A stretch of DNA of 64,000 bases from an uncultured virus (IMG/VR IMGVR_UViG_3300002835_000117) (taxonomy: Duplodnaviria > Heunggongvirae > Uroviricota > Caudoviricetes), in the IMG/VR virus record IMGVR_UViG_3300002835_000117; one strand, 5' to 3'. The notes under the pieces were generated by a model, which saw nothing but the letters and a program-made list of their open reading frames with translations, searched no databases and was not told where the DNA came from. A program made the translations under genes and the position numbers. Shown here one piece after another: positions 47,901 through 58,714 of this stretch; position 1 is the first letter of the stretch; every line of letters begins with the position of its first letter.

Positions 47901-50900
47901 GTGACGATGATACTTGGACACGATGGAAGTTTAACAAAGGCATATGGTGATTACAGGGATCAAATTATTTTAGAATTTGAAAAAAGAATTTATAACAATA
48001 TCAAAGTAAGTTACAATTCTAAATTGTTTGATATGAATTCTGTCATTTCTGGTGCTTTCAGAATCAACAGATATACAATCGACGACTCTAATAATATTTT
48101 AATAAAAGAATTTATAAATTGGACAAATCAATTTAATGTTAATTTTTCGTCAAATACAACCTTTGATGAAACAAATCCTTTTACATTTAACTATTCAACA
48201 ACTGTTGATACTTTATTTTCAAAAAATGTAAGCGGTTCATGGCGAGGAATATACCAGTATTTTTATGATACAGATAAGCCTCATTTAACACCGTGGGAAA
48301 TGTTGGGTTTTAATGAAAGACCAAACTGGTGGACAACTACTTACGGATTAGCACCGTATACATCTTCAAATGTATTGCTTTGGACAGACTTGAGTAATGG
48401 ATACATTCGAGGAGAAAATAGATATAACTTAAATTATGCAAGATCTGGATTGTTATCTATTATACCGGTAGATGAATTTGGAAATTTAAAATCTCCTGAT
48501 ACATTTTTAGTATCAGAATCTTCTATATTTGAAAAACAACAAGATTGGAAATTTGGAGATTTCAGTCCTGCAGAAGTTGCATGGAGAAGAAGCAGTCTTT
48601 GGCCTTTTGCATTAAACATTGTAGCGGCCTTACTTGATCCTTGTTCATATACTTCTAAATTGTTTGATGTTAGTAGGACAACTATTAATGAATTAAATCA
48701 AATTTTATACAATGATGATTTATATTTGAACCCAAATAAGTTAATTTTAGATAATGAAAATAACCAAAGTTCTGGATTTGGAAATTTAATTATAGAATAT
48801 GGTAGATTGAAAAATCTCAATTATTTAAACACTTTAAAAAATGATTTGTCTTTCTTAGACTTTAATCTATTTCATAAATTGGGAGGATTTACAAGTAAAA
48901 ACAAAATTCAATTGATTATGGACACTGTTGATGTTTCTTCTATGTCACAGGGCGCCATTTTACCTCCTGAAAATTATGACCTTATTTTAAATAAAAGTAA
49001 TACAATTCAATCATTTAGAATTTCTGGTATTGTAATTCAAAAATACAATGGAAAATTTTTAATTAAAGGATACGATAAATCAAATCCATATTTTGAAATT
49101 TTTCCTGCTATTATATCTGGAAATTCAAAATCAGTTACGGTCGGAGGGATTGCAGAACCGTTTACTGAATGGTCTAGCATTACTGGTAATGCAAATTCTA
49201 GTGTAACTTTTTCTGATACAACTACAGCCAACGTTAATACCACTAGGTATTATAAATCAGGTCAACTGGTTAGATACAATAATTCATACTATAGAGTAAA
49301 AGTTGGTCATAATGCTTCTTCAAATTTTGATCCTACATTATTCCAACCAATATCAAAATTACCAGTAAAAGGCGGAGTTACTGTTTTAGTCCCATCTTTA
49401 TTTGAATCAAGGTCTGTTCGTATTCCGTATGGAACAATGTATTCTACAATTCAAGAAGTTTATAATGTTATTTTAGGTTACAGTCGTTGGTTAGAATCAA
49501 ATGGTTTTATATTTGATCAGTATGATAATGACCTAACTGAGATATTAGATTGGAAATTTTCCGCGAAAGAATTTTTATTTTGGACAACTCAAAATTGGAG
49601 TAATAATAATCTCATAACAATTAGTCCTTTTGCAAAATCTTTAAAATTTGGAAATAAGAATTCTATAGTTGATGATATCAATTATAATTCTTATGAATAT
49701 AACTTATTAAAAGCAGATGGAAAAAGTTTTCCAAAAGAAAATATTAAGTTATCTAGAGATGATGGTATTTGTGTCATCGAAACTGTTAACACTGAAGAAG
49801 GATTGTTTTTTGCATTATTGAATACTGTACAAAAAGAACATGCAATGATTTTTGATAATAGGACATTATTCAATGATATAATTTATGATTTAGACACCGG
49901 CTACAGACAAAGAAGATTAAAAATTTCTGGATTTAGAACAGCAAATTGGAACGGTGATTTCTTTAGTCCGGGATTTGTTTATGATGAAGTTTTTGTTGGC
50001 GATTGGAAACCATTTGTTTCCTACTTGCCGGGTTCAATTGTTAGGTATAATGGAGTTTATTATCAATCAAACATTAAAATTGTGGGAAGTGAATTTTTTA
50101 ATTTTAATGAATGGTCGAAATTAAGAGAACAACCTTCTCCAGATTTATTGCCTAATTTTTCTTATAAGATTAATCAGTTTGAAGATTTTTACAGTTTAGA
50201 TATTGATAATTTTGATATCTCTCAACAACAATTAGCGCAACACCTAATAGGTTACTCTGAGAGACCTTATTTAAATAACATTTTTACTAACCCAACAACT
50301 CAGTATAAATTTTATCAAGGTTACATTAAAGAAAAAGGAACCAAAAACGCATTAGATAAAATTGTAAAAGTTGGATCTTATGCTAGAAAAGGAAGTATTA
50401 ATTTTACTGAAGAGTGGGCATTTAGAGTCGGTCATTATGGTGGATACGAAACATTCCAAGAAGTAGAATTTAAATTAAATGAAGGAAATTCTTTAGAAAA
50501 TCCTTATATTGTTAAGTTTAGCAATGAAGTTCCTGCAGAAAAAAATAACTTAATTAATTATATTCTATCAGAAGATATTTTAATTAAGCCTACAAATTTT
50601 GAAATAAATGACGTATTTAAGATTAGTAAAAATGAAGTGCAAGACGAAAGTTTATTTCAATTTCCTTCAGCAGGTTATGTTAGACCCGATGATGTAAATG
50701 TAACAGCATACAACACTAACAGTATTCTTGATATTGCAAACAACAATTTATTAAATGAAAAAGATACAATATGGATAGGATTTTTAGACAATGGAAATTG
50801 GGACGTTTACAGGTATTCTAAACAAACAGCAAAAATTACAGGAGTGTTTGTAAGTTCACCTGGAATTGATATCACATTTTCTTGTGATCTATTTCATGAT

Positions 50901-53900
50901 TTAAAAATTGGAGATATTGTTTCCGTTGTTAATTTTAATGATCAAGTAAACGGTATCTATAATGTTAAAGCAGTACCAAAATTAAATCAATTTACAGTTG
51001 ATTCTACTCTATCTTCGATTGTAGACGACGATCTTGTTGAACTAGGTAGTATTTTTAAATTTCAATCAGTTAGATTTGAAGATTTTTTAAAAGTTTCAGA
51101 GTTTAAAGAATTATATAAATTTGAAAACGGAGAAAAAATTTGGGTAGATAAAGTTGATCAAAAGTGGTCTGTCTATGAAAAAGTTAAAAATTATAGTACA
51201 GGAACCTATTTTAATTCTTTGGGTAATCCTTTTGGACAAGAATTAGGGTATTCAATTTATGCTAGAGACAATTCTCAAGTTGTTTTAGTTTCTTCTCCAT
51301 CTTGGAACAGCGGTAGTGCTAATAGTGTTGGAAGAATATGGGTTTACAACCAAAAACAGAATATATTAGATAAGTTGTTCGAATACATTTTAAATTCAAA
51401 CAACAAAATTTATTGCAGTACATCGACAAATTCTGAATTTGGATATACATTAAATTATGATGATGGTAAAGAATTAATTTTTGCTGGAGCACCTAAAGCA
51501 TCTAATATTATTACTAACAACACTGGAACAATTTCTTTTAGTACGGGCACGGGAAGTTCTAAGGGATTTATTTCTGAAGGATTAGTAAAAATTAGTAGAG
51601 AAAAATCTACAGTAGAAGAGGAAGAAACTGTAGCAATATTGCTTGCTCCAGGCTCTTACTCTAACACATCTGCTAAAGCAAATTATTTAAGATTCGGAAA
51701 TACAATATATGTTGATAAAGTTAACAAATCAACTGCTACGACAGTATTAATTGGAGCACCTGGCGATGGAGTTAACAATACATCAACTGGATTTGTGTTT
51801 GCATATCATTTAACTACTTCTACTGATTCTAACGCAATAAGTTTAGTTCAACATACCGCTGGTATATCTTTAACTTCTTCCGTAATACTTACTCAATACA
51901 GTAAGTGGGGTGAAAAAATATCCGGAAGCGATAATGGAAATTTTATTGCAGTTTCGGCACCTGGATTTACAACCGGTAGTAAAACAGGGTTGGTGGAAAT
52001 TTTTAATAAAAATTTAGTTTCAAAGCAAGTTATATATTCTCCGTTTGAAGAAAATCGAACATTTGGTTCTGATATTTTTGTTTCATCGTCAGGAAAATTC
52101 TTATTAATTTCGTCTCCTGACATAAAAAATAGTGATGGTACATTTGGAAATATTGCAGTTTATTCTGCTACAAATTTAACATCTACTGGAACTTACGTCT
52201 TAAATCAAATTATAGAAAATCCATCGTTTACTACAGATTTAAAATTTGGAGTAAGTATTTCTCTAAACAAGAATGAAGATATTTTAACAGTAGGCGCTCT
52301 TGGAAGAAATAGATCATCAACTTATGTATTTGATGAAAATTCAAATGTAGGAAAAACAACATTTGATAAAGGAAGCACAGAATTTATTTCACCTGTTGAC
52401 GATTCTGGAACTGTTTATGTTTTCAACAACTTAGATGGATATTTTATTCAATCTGAAGAATTAAGCGATTCTTCAATTTTAGAAGGAAGTAGATTTGGTT
52501 TTTCTGTGTCTTCTCTAAATGATTTTATTCTTGTAGGCGCACCGTGGATTAAAAATGCTACTTCTCTAGACGATTCTACGTTCTTTAAATTTGACAAATT
52601 AGATACTTCAATCAACAGTTGGAAAGTTTTAAGAAATCAACCAAATCTAGTAGATTCTCAAAAAATCAAAAGTATTAAATTAATAGATTCTTTTAAAGAA
52701 GAAATAATTGAGTATCTAGATATTTTTGATCCTGTAAAAGGAAAAATTATAGGATTAGCAGAACAAGAGTTAAAATACAAATCTACGTTTGATCCTGCAA
52801 TGTATTCGATAGGAACTGCATTAAATTCTGTAGATTCAAATTCTAGTTGGATTGATGACCATATAGGTGATTTATGGTGGGATCTAAGTACTGTTAAATA
52901 TCTATGGTATGAACAGGGCGATGAAATATTTAGAAAAAATAATTGGGGTAAAATTTTTCCTGGATCAAGTATAGATATTTACGAATGGGTTAAATCCGAT
53001 TTATTGCCGTCAGAATGGGCTGCGCAAGCAGATACTAATGAAGGATTAACAAAAGGAATTAGCGGACAACCAAAATATCCAGATAATTCAGTAATGTCTG
53101 TTAAACAGGTGTTCAACAATGTTACTAATTCTTTTGAGAATGTTTATTATTTCTGGGTAAAAAATAAAGTTACTGTACCTAATTCTCGTAATAGAAGAAT
53201 CAGTGCTATACAAGTTGCTAATTTGATTTTAGATCCTGCTGCAAATGGAATAAGATTTGCATCGATATTGTCTCAAAATGCTATTTCGTTTGCGAATGTT
53301 CAACCAATTTTAGTCGGCGATAGAATTAATTCAAACATTTCATTTGATGAAATTAATAATAATATTCCTAAACATACAGAATGGTTGCTATTAGAAGAAG
53401 GAAATAAAGACAGTGTCCCAACTACCACGTTAACTAAAAAGTTATTTGATAGTTTATTAGGTCACGATGATTTAGGTCAAACAGTTCCTGATTTAAATTT
53501 ATCAGTAAGAAATAGGTATGGCATAGAAATAAGACCTCGTCAATCAATGTTTAAAGATAGATTATTGGCGTTAAGAAATCTTGTTGAGTTTACTAATTCT
53601 GTACTAATAAAAAATAAAATTACTGGGTTTTATGATTTTACTAACCTAAATAAGAAAGAAGAAATACCAGATATTTTATCTAGAGAGTATGATTTTATTG
53701 TTGATGATTTAGAAGAATTAGATCAAATTGATATTTCTAAATTCTCACAAGCAGAACTAATCTATAGTACATATAATGGAAAAGTAGTTAGTGTTGAAAT
53801 TATAAATCCTGGTTTTGGGTATAGCATTCCTCCAAAAATTGAAATACTTTCTAGTTCTGGAGAAGGTGCCGAACTATTATCTGAAATTGACGGAAGTGGA

Positions 53901-56900
53901 AGAGTTATTAATGTAATAATTTCTAACCCTGGAAAAAATTATCTAGGAAATTTAGATAGTTCAGAAAAAATTATTATAAGAGGGCACACGACGATTGTTC
54001 GAACAAATTCAGAATACGGAAACAGGTGGACTAAACATCTTTTCAATTATGAATTTAAAAATTGGACAAGAATTCAGACACAATCTTATAATACTCCGTT
54101 GTATTGGAATTATGTAGATTGGGTAGACGAAAATTACAATGGTTATAAAGACTACGCAGTAGTATTAAAAGATCCAACAGAATTGCCGATAGCGTCTTCT
54201 ACTGTCACGGGTGATTATGTAAAAATCAATAATGTAGGTGATGGTCGATACATAATTCTAGAAAAATTAGATAGTGATCAAATAGGAGATTTTGCCCTAC
54301 AATATAAAATTGTCTATAGCCAAAATGGAACAATTCAAATTTCTGATGAAATTTGGAATTTTAAAGAATCTAATTATTCCTATGACGCTGCTACATTGGA
54401 AGAAACTTTATATGATCAAATTCCTGATCAAGAATTAAATCATATTTTATATGCCCTAAAAGACGATATTTTTGTAGGTAATCTAAAAATAAATTGGAAT
54501 TTATTCTTCTTTAAAGCAGTTCGATATGCATTTACTGAACAAAAACTTTTAGATTGGGTATTTAAAACTAGTTTTATTTCTGTTAACAATCAAGTTGGCG
54601 AATTAGATCAAAAATCAGTTTATAGGTTAGACAACGAAAACTATTTCGAAGATTATATTAGAGAAGTAAAACCATATAGAACAAAAATTAGATCTTACAC
54701 ATCAAAATACTCATTAACAAATGAAACTTCAAATAGTGTATCTACAGATTTTGATTTGCCTGCATATTTTAATACTGTTTCAAACAGTTATGAATTAGTT
54801 GGATTGACAAGTAGTGAGATTACTGAGTATCCTTGGAAATGGTGGGCTGACAATTACAAATATTATGTTAAGAATGTCTTAGTTGCTGACAACGGAGAAG
54901 GATACACACAGAATCCTACGGTAGTTATAACTCCTGCACTCGGTGATACAGGCAGTGGAGCAACTGCAGAAGCATATATTCGAAATGGCGGAGTATTTAA
55001 AGTTTTAGTTTCAAATCCTGGAAGCGGATATGTTCGACCACCTACTGTTACTATAGTCGGTGGCGGCCCAAATGTTGTAAAACCTGCAAAGGTTTCGGTA
55101 GAATTAGGCAATGATTATATTAGAAAAAATATATTAGGCATTAAATTTGATAGAACTGGAGTTAATGAAGAAATAGATAGTTCTAGAATTACTGAAACTT
55201 TTGAGTGTACTGGAAATAATAGATTTAGATTAACATGGTTAGCGCAACCGAATAAATCAAAAATTGTTCCTTTATTGGATAGTAAAATTATTTTTTCAAC
55301 TGATTATACAATTGAATATTTTACAGAAAATATTAATAATTATACAAGTCAATATTGTGAGTTTGTATTTTTAAATTATATTCCAAAATTAGGACAAAAA
55401 TTTAAAATTACCTACGAGAAAAATATATCAATTTATCATGCTGTTGATAGAATTAACAAATTTTATCAACCAACGGACGATATGGTAGGTAAAGAAATCC
55501 CGCTATTGATGTCGGGAGCAGAATATAAAAATACAGTAATTCAAGGGTTAAATTTTGGTTATTCGTTACCATGGAATTACGGTTATTTTGATAACGATTC
55601 AGCGTGGTCAAATTTAGTTAACTATTATACTTCGGCTAAATTAGTTAAAAATATAAATTATTCTGGAACAGTTCTTTATCTAGATTCTGTTGAAGGTGTA
55701 AGTATTGGTCAGAAAATTTTATTAACAAATACTTCTACATCTCATATAAGAAGTGATGCAGTAGTATCTGCTGTTAATACTTCTACTAAAACAGTTTCTA
55801 TTGCAAATTCTGAATACAGATTAAAACGAATTATATCTGATTCCTTAACTACTCAAGGAAATATAGTATTTTTTACTACCGAAGATTTTAATGGAAAAAT
55901 AACTAGTGGTTCTATTATAGAAATATCCGGAGTTGACGACGGAACTATTTTAGGATTTGACGGAAAATATATTGTTACTAATTCTGGAACAGATAGATTT
56001 ACTGCTGTAGGAACCGGAACACACGCTATTACATTATTGACAACATCAACAGTAAAAACTTTAGGTGTAACTGCAAAGGTAACTGTTCCGGCGGTATTTA
56101 ATGAAGTTAATGTAAATTCTCTTTACAACATTTATTCTTTTGAAAATTTAGTATCTAATACTTCAACAGTGGCCTATGACACAAATGTTTTATTTAACAG
56201 TGTTTCTACGGTTACCATATATGTAAACGATCTATTGTATGGAAGTTATTATAATGTTTCAACTACTTCAAATAACACATATAATGTTGAAATTTTTAAT
56301 CTAAATTCAAATGTAACAAACAAAATAAAAGTTGATTTGTATGGATATCCAATTGTAGAATTTTGGAAAGATAACTTTAGTTTTGATGAATTAGATACTG
56401 AAATAAGTGCAGGGTCGTGGAACGGTTCTGGAAATTTTGTAGGAGCCCTTGGCATTAATCCTGGTGATTTAGTTATTGACGGTAGTGGATTAATATCTCA
56501 AAATATTGGTCAATCACCGGAAGAGCATGTTAAAGGTAATACATATGAATCTGTTTCTATCAATGTGTTTACTCAAGAAAATAAATCGTCGCCGATTGCA
56601 ATGTCCGGTATAGTCCCTATTAGTGCAAACGCTATATCATCGTTTAAATTGGGAGTACCTTTAGAAGAATCAATTTATATAACTGTAAATTTCGAAGGAA
56701 AGATGTTAGATAGAATATATGAACCTCCTAGCAGTGGAGTTGTTGATGAGTATTTCTTTACAACCTCTTCTCAATTTTACGTTATGAATGATGAATTGTA
56801 TATTGCGCCTCAAGATGTTAACGGTAAAGTAGGTTACAATTTATTAACTATTGGCGGAGAATATGTTGCAGACTCGGTTACGTTATTAACTGAATATGGA

Positions 56901-58694
56901 CAGAGTACTGCGACATTGATTAGTTCTGCGTTTATTGATGATATAAGAAGTGTATATGTGACAATAGACGGTCGTGAAGTTAATTCTAGCAATTACGAAC
57001 TAATACCTGCGGGACCAAAAAATAAGAGGGCGGCAGTTAGGGTAACTAATATTGCAGACAGTAAACGAACAATCCAGGCTTGGTTTTTAAAATCTAATTT
57101 TGGAAAATTTAGTCAAATATTTGAAGAACAATTTAGTATTGCAGCACCTACTTCTAGTATTTTGGTCACAAATTTATTAGGAACAACTGAGCCGTTAAGT
57201 GCTCAAGTATTTGTTGAAGTATATGAACCAGATTCGACTACTTTAGTTAAAGGCAGAAAGCGTTTAAATCCTCCTGATGTTAATTACTATAAATTGGATG
57301 GATCGACAACAACTTTCAATATTGACAATACAAGCCGTCCTCCGGGAACATATACTAATTCAAATATTAAAGTCTATTTAAACGGTCGATTGCTTGCTCC
57401 TGGTTTTGATTATTCTATTAATAGTGTTACTGGTACAGTGACAATATCATCTGGAATAGCATCTAACGGCGCAATTTTAGCAATTGAATCATTAGTTAAT
57501 TTTGATTATGTAATTAATAATAACACTATAATTTTTACAACTCCAATTCAACCTTCTAGTTCAGTTAAAGTTATATCATTTGCTGATTATGATGGAATGA
57601 TGTTGAGGACGGAAAGATTTAAAGGCGATGCTGGTCTAAAATTTACTTTAGGATTGCCGGTATCTGATAGTAGATATGTTTGGGTAGCATTGAATAAACA
57701 ATATTTGATTGCTAACAATGATTTTACTATTTTGGATGATTTTAGAACAGTTTCACTAAACAATTCTATTAGTATTCAATCTGATGACGAAATTACTATT
57801 TCATATGTTTCGACAACATTACGATCTAATTTAGTTTATGGATATAAAATATTTAATGACATTTTTAATAGAACCACATATTCTAGATTATCTAATTTTT
57901 ACGGTACAAGATTAACTAAAGAATTAAAGTTAACTGATACTGAAATTCATGTAACAGATTCTTCAAGTTTAATACCTCCTAATTTCCACAGAAATATTCC
58001 GGGAGTTATATTCGTCGATAGCGAAAGAATTGAATTTTTCTCTAAAGATAGTAATGTACTAAGCGGACTTAGAAGGGGTACTATGGGTACTTCTCCTGCA
58101 GAAATATCCGATGTTGGAACAAAAGTCTTTGATCAAAGCCCTCAACAATTTATTCCTTATACTGATACCATTAAGAAACAGTATCATATAACATCTGAAG
58201 CCACTGGAACATATGTTGTTAATACTGTTACAAATTCTAATGGAACGTACACGATTGCTATTAGTTCAAGTTCATTTGTTATTAACACCGGAACTATGTA
58301 TCAGTCTGGTGGAGATGGTATTATATTAAGTACAACAAATGGTTTAGAGCAGTACCTTAACGATCAGATTTCTGTTAAATTTGGTGGTAGACTGTTGAGA
58401 AAAACTGCGTCTAAAGTACATGATTACAATTTAGCATACGATTCTACGTCTACAAGTTTAAGAACACTTGATCCAGAATTTACTGTTAAATTTAATGAAT
58501 CAACTGGTAATTTTGAATTAAATATTCATGTTGAAGATTTTACTTTAAGAACTAAAGTTGAAATAGAACAAAAAATAGGAAATTATTGGAATACATCAAC
58601 ATCGTTGATGGAATCCGAGTCAATTCAATCTAAGTTCATAAGGCGACATTCTACAGAAATTCCTGATAAATGGTATTACGGAAATTCAAATTAA
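44973..58694 (+). CDS. Giant (4573 aa) baseplate/virion structural protein in the gp7 position
   Basis: Follows gp6; contains FG-GAP-like propeller repeats, two aromatic CBM-like motifs, NPGxGY repeats, VKPYRTK motif and C-terminal ERIEF...L..LRRGT.GT. Confidence 0.7.
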   Translation: MAEKRKTVNLLPEYIRSEKNSKFLSSTIDQFIQEPELERINAFIGSKLTPNYNTILDLYLEKDTPLRRNYQLEPALIIKDSLSNVKDAIAYDDLLNEIKNQGGNTQDHNKLFKNEFSAYDPLIDWDKLINYSFYYWLPSGPESILIDNLSSNVLPSILGNQNYTTSYGYKLSNGMKLTFSKNETYNGFEISVGREYIVEGVGDSIVLVDFDKLEINKNFAETFNEKFDNAPFDSLPFDGDRKLPGTPEYITINKSSNDLNPWTRYNRWFHEDVIKTVALINNKSPIYPVQSKAKRPIIEFKANLKLYNYGVKGIGNVDLIDTITTNAFDQIDGTYGYYVDGVLVEGGQKVIFNNDLNENVKGKIYSIEFKNRIQINLIDTATTNLTSLLNGVVSSSIDGVPLLENQLVVYNAAADLTKRGIIYRVQQFNDNSVLKLRLVEFYKTKDRDLVYIKNGNSQSESRWYFNLSQSTWIKEIGDELIKSINYDPFLDSTVIKLVEFYNPNDLDSVAINLGNIYGGTEWYFSADDKNWKFGQQHASINDAPLFDLFDKNGISFTKQEITNDFSGTKIFGYEIGSGISDSILGFPLKNNNSGIGNYLFKNYFTTDTINVTIDNVTSQKSLALGYLKLGNFLVNVWSSAEGYKIPIVENQTVQTNTTTIELKSLDYPFDTSTQVISYVNNNIVQSTVSFNQTATVTFSQPLKENDAIYFNIFSNNSPNNNGFYEPVLNLTNNPLNGPISSFTLSELSDHVGSMIPKITNFQGQFPGKSNLRDLSNYSKFGTRLIINSTPLVYSKLFLAKKDHNVLDSLRFVGYLYNQYKLNLFDTLGKIESQFSPAEALDIALKYINRNNNIDSLFYRSDMVPYGEDKIVTEFTVGIVVNKIYPIRDNFDNTKLSFNALSVYVNDSLLINGQDYQINSLDSTVEILSNLSTGDKIKIYFYNDTTGSFVPPTPSKLGLYPKFKPAIVEDTSYVQGPVTMILGHDGSLTKAYGDYRDQIILEFEKRIYNNIKVSYNSKLFDMNSVISGAFRINRYTIDDSNNILIKEFINWTNQFNVNFSSNTTFDETNPFTFNYSTTVDTLFSKNVSGSWRGIYQYFYDTDKPHLTPWEMLGFNERPNWWTTTYGLAPYTSSNVLLWTDLSNGYIRGENRYNLNYARSGLLSIIPVDEFGNLKSPDTFLVSESSIFEKQQDWKFGDFSPAEVAWRRSSLWPFALNIVAALLDPCSYTSKLFDVSRTTINELNQILYNDDLYLNPNKLILDNENNQSSGFGNLIIEYGRLKNLNYLNTLKNDLSFLDFNLFHKLGGFTSKNKIQLIMDTVDVSSMSQGAILPPENYDLILNKSNTIQSFRISGIVIQKYNGKFLIKGYDKSNPYFEIFPAIISGNSKSVTVGGIAEPFTEWSSITGNANSSVTFSDTTTANVNTTRYYKSGQLVRYNNSYYRVKVGHNASSNFDPTLFQPISKLPVKGGVTVLVPSLFESRSVRIPYGTMYSTIQEVYNVILGYSRWLESNGFIFDQYDNDLTEILDWKFSAKEFLFWTTQNWSNNNLITISPFAKSLKFGNKNSIVDDINYNSYEYNLLKADGKSFPKENIKLSRDDGICVIETVNTEEGLFFALLNTVQKEHAMIFDNRTLFNDIIYDLDTGYRQRRLKISGFRTANWNGDFFSPGFVYDEVFVGDWKPFVSYLPGSIVRYNGVYYQSNIKIVGSEFFNFNEWSKLREQPSPDLLPNFSYKINQFEDFYSLDIDNFDISQQQLAQHLIGYSERPYLNNIFTNPTTQYKFYQGYIKEKGTKNALDKIVKVGSYARKGSINFTEEWAFRVGHYGGYETFQEVEFKLNEGNSLENPYIVKFSNEVPAEKNNLINYILSEDILIKPTNFEINDVFKISKNEVQDESLFQFPSAGYVRPDDVNVTAYNTNSILDIANNNLLNEKDTIWIGFLDNGNWDVYRYSKQTAKITGVFVSSPGIDITFSCDLFHDLKIGDIVSVVNFNDQVNGIYNVKAVPKLNQFTVDSTLSSIVDDDLVELGSIFKFQSVRFEDFLKVSEFKELYKFENGEKIWVDKVDQKWSVYEKVKNYSTGTYFNSLGNPFGQELGYSIYARDNSQVVLVSSPSWNSGSANSVGRIWVYNQKQNILDKLFEYILNSNNKIYCSTSTNSEFGYTLNYDDGKELIFAGAPKASNIITNNTGTISFSTGTGSSKGFISEGLVKISREKSTVEEEETVAILLAPGSYSNTSAKANYLRFGNTIYVDKVNKSTATTVLIGAPGDGVNNTSTGFVFAYHLTTSTDSNAISLVQHTAGISLTSSVILTQYSKWGEKISGSDNGNFIAVSAPGFTTGSKTGLVEIFNKNLVSKQVIYSPFEENRTFGSDIFVSSSGKFLLISSPDIKNSDGTFGNIAVYSATNLTSTGTYVLNQIIENPSFTTDLKFGVSISLNKNEDILTVGALGRNRSSTYVFDENSNVGKTTFDKGSTEFISPVDDSGTVYVFNNLDGYFIQSEELSDSSILEGSRFGFSVSSLNDFILVGAPWIKNATSLDDSTFFKFDKLDTSINSWKVLRNQPNLVDSQKIKSIKLIDSFKEEIIEYLDIFDPVKGKIIGLAEQELKYKSTFDPAMYSIGTALNSVDSNSSWIDDHIGDLWWDLSTVKYLWYEQGDEIFRKNNWGKIFPGSSIDIYEWVKSDLLPSEWAAQADTNEGLTKGISGQPKYPDNSVMSVKQVFNNVTNSFENVYYFWVKNKVTVPNSRNRRISAIQVANLILDPAANGIRFASILSQNAISFANVQPILVGDRINSNISFDEINNNIPKHTEWLLLEEGNKDSVPTTTLTKKLFDSLLGHDDLGQTVPDLNLSVRNRYGIEIRPRQSMFKDRLLALRNLVEFTNSVLIKNKITGFYDFTNLNKKEEIPDILSREYDFIVDDLEELDQIDISKFSQAELIYSTYNGKVVSVEIINPGFGYSIPPKIEILSSSGEGAELLSEIDGSGRVINVIISNPGKNYLGNLDSSEKIIIRGHTTIVRTNSEYGNRWTKHLFNYEFKNWTRIQTQSYNTPLYWNYVDWVDENYNGYKDYAVVLKDPTELPIASSTVTGDYVKINNVGDGRYIILEKLDSDQIGDFALQYKIVYSQNGTIQISDEIWNFKESNYSYDAATLEETLYDQIPDQELNHILYALKDDIFVGNLKINWNLFFFKAVRYAFTEQKLLDWVFKTSFISVNNQVGELDQKSVYRLDNENYFEDYIREVKPYRTKIRSYTSKYSLTNETSNSVSTDFDLPAYFNTVSNSYELVGLTSSEITEYPWKWWADNYKYYVKNVLVADNGEGYTQNPTVVITPALGDTGSGATAEAYIRNGGVFKVLVSNPGSGYVRPPTVTIVGGGPNVVKPAKVSVELGNDYIRKNILGIKFDRTGVNEEIDSSRITETFECTGNNRFRLTWLAQPNKSKIVPLLDSKIIFSTDYTIEYFTENINNYTSQYCEFVFLNYIPKLGQKFKITYEKNISIYHAVDRINKFYQPTDDMVGKEIPLLMSGAEYKNTVIQGLNFGYSLPWNYGYFDNDSAWSNLVNYYTSAKLVKNINYSGTVLYLDSVEGVSIGQKILLTNTSTSHIRSDAVVSAVNTSTKTVSIANSEYRLKRIISDSLTTQGNIVFFTTEDFNGKITSGSIIEISGVDDGTILGFDGKYIVTNSGTDRFTAVGTGTHAITLLTTSTVKTLGVTAKVTVPAVFNEVNVNSLYNIYSFENLVSNTSTVAYDTNVLFNSVSTVTIYVNDLLYGSYYNVSTTSNNTYNVEIFNLNSNVTNKIKVDLYGYPIVEFWKDNFSFDELDTEISAGSWNGSGNFVGALGINPGDLVIDGSGLISQNIGQSPEEHVKGNTYESVSINVFTQENKSSPIAMSGIVPISANAISSFKLGVPLEESIYITVNFEGKMLDRIYEPPSSGVVDEYFFTTSSQFYVMNDELYIAPQDVNGKVGYNLLTIGGEYVADSVTLLTEYGQSTATLISSAFIDDIRSVYVTIDGREVNSSNYELIPAGPKNKRAAVRVTNIADSKRTIQAWFLKSNFGKFSQIFEEQFSIAAPTSSILVTNLLGTTEPLSAQVFVEVYEPDSTTLVKGRKRLNPPDVNYYKLDGSTTTFNIDNTSRPPGTYTNSNIKVYLNGRLLAPGFDYSINSVTGTVTISSGIASNGAILAIESLVNFDYVINNNTIIFTTPIQPSSSVKVISFADYDGMMLRTERFKGDAGLKFTLGLPVSDSRYVWVALNKQYLIANNDFTILDDFRTVSLNNSISIQSDDEITISYVSTTLRSNLVYGYKIFNDIFNRTTYSRLSNFYGTRLTKELKLTDTEIHVTDSSSLIPPNFHRNIPGVIFVDSERIEFFSKDSNVLSGLRRGTMGTSPAEISDVGTKVFDQSPQQFIPYTDTIKKQYHITSEATGTYVVNTVTNSNGTYTIAISSSSFVINTGTMYQSGGDGIILSTTNGLEQYLNDQISVKFGGRLLRKTASKVHDYNLAYDSTSTSLRTLDPEFTVKFNESTGNFELNIHVEDFTLRTKVEIEQKIGNYWNTSTSLMESESIQSKFIRRHSTEIPDKWYYGNSN

Positions 58695-58714
58695 TAATTT
58701 TTTGAAGGAACAAT

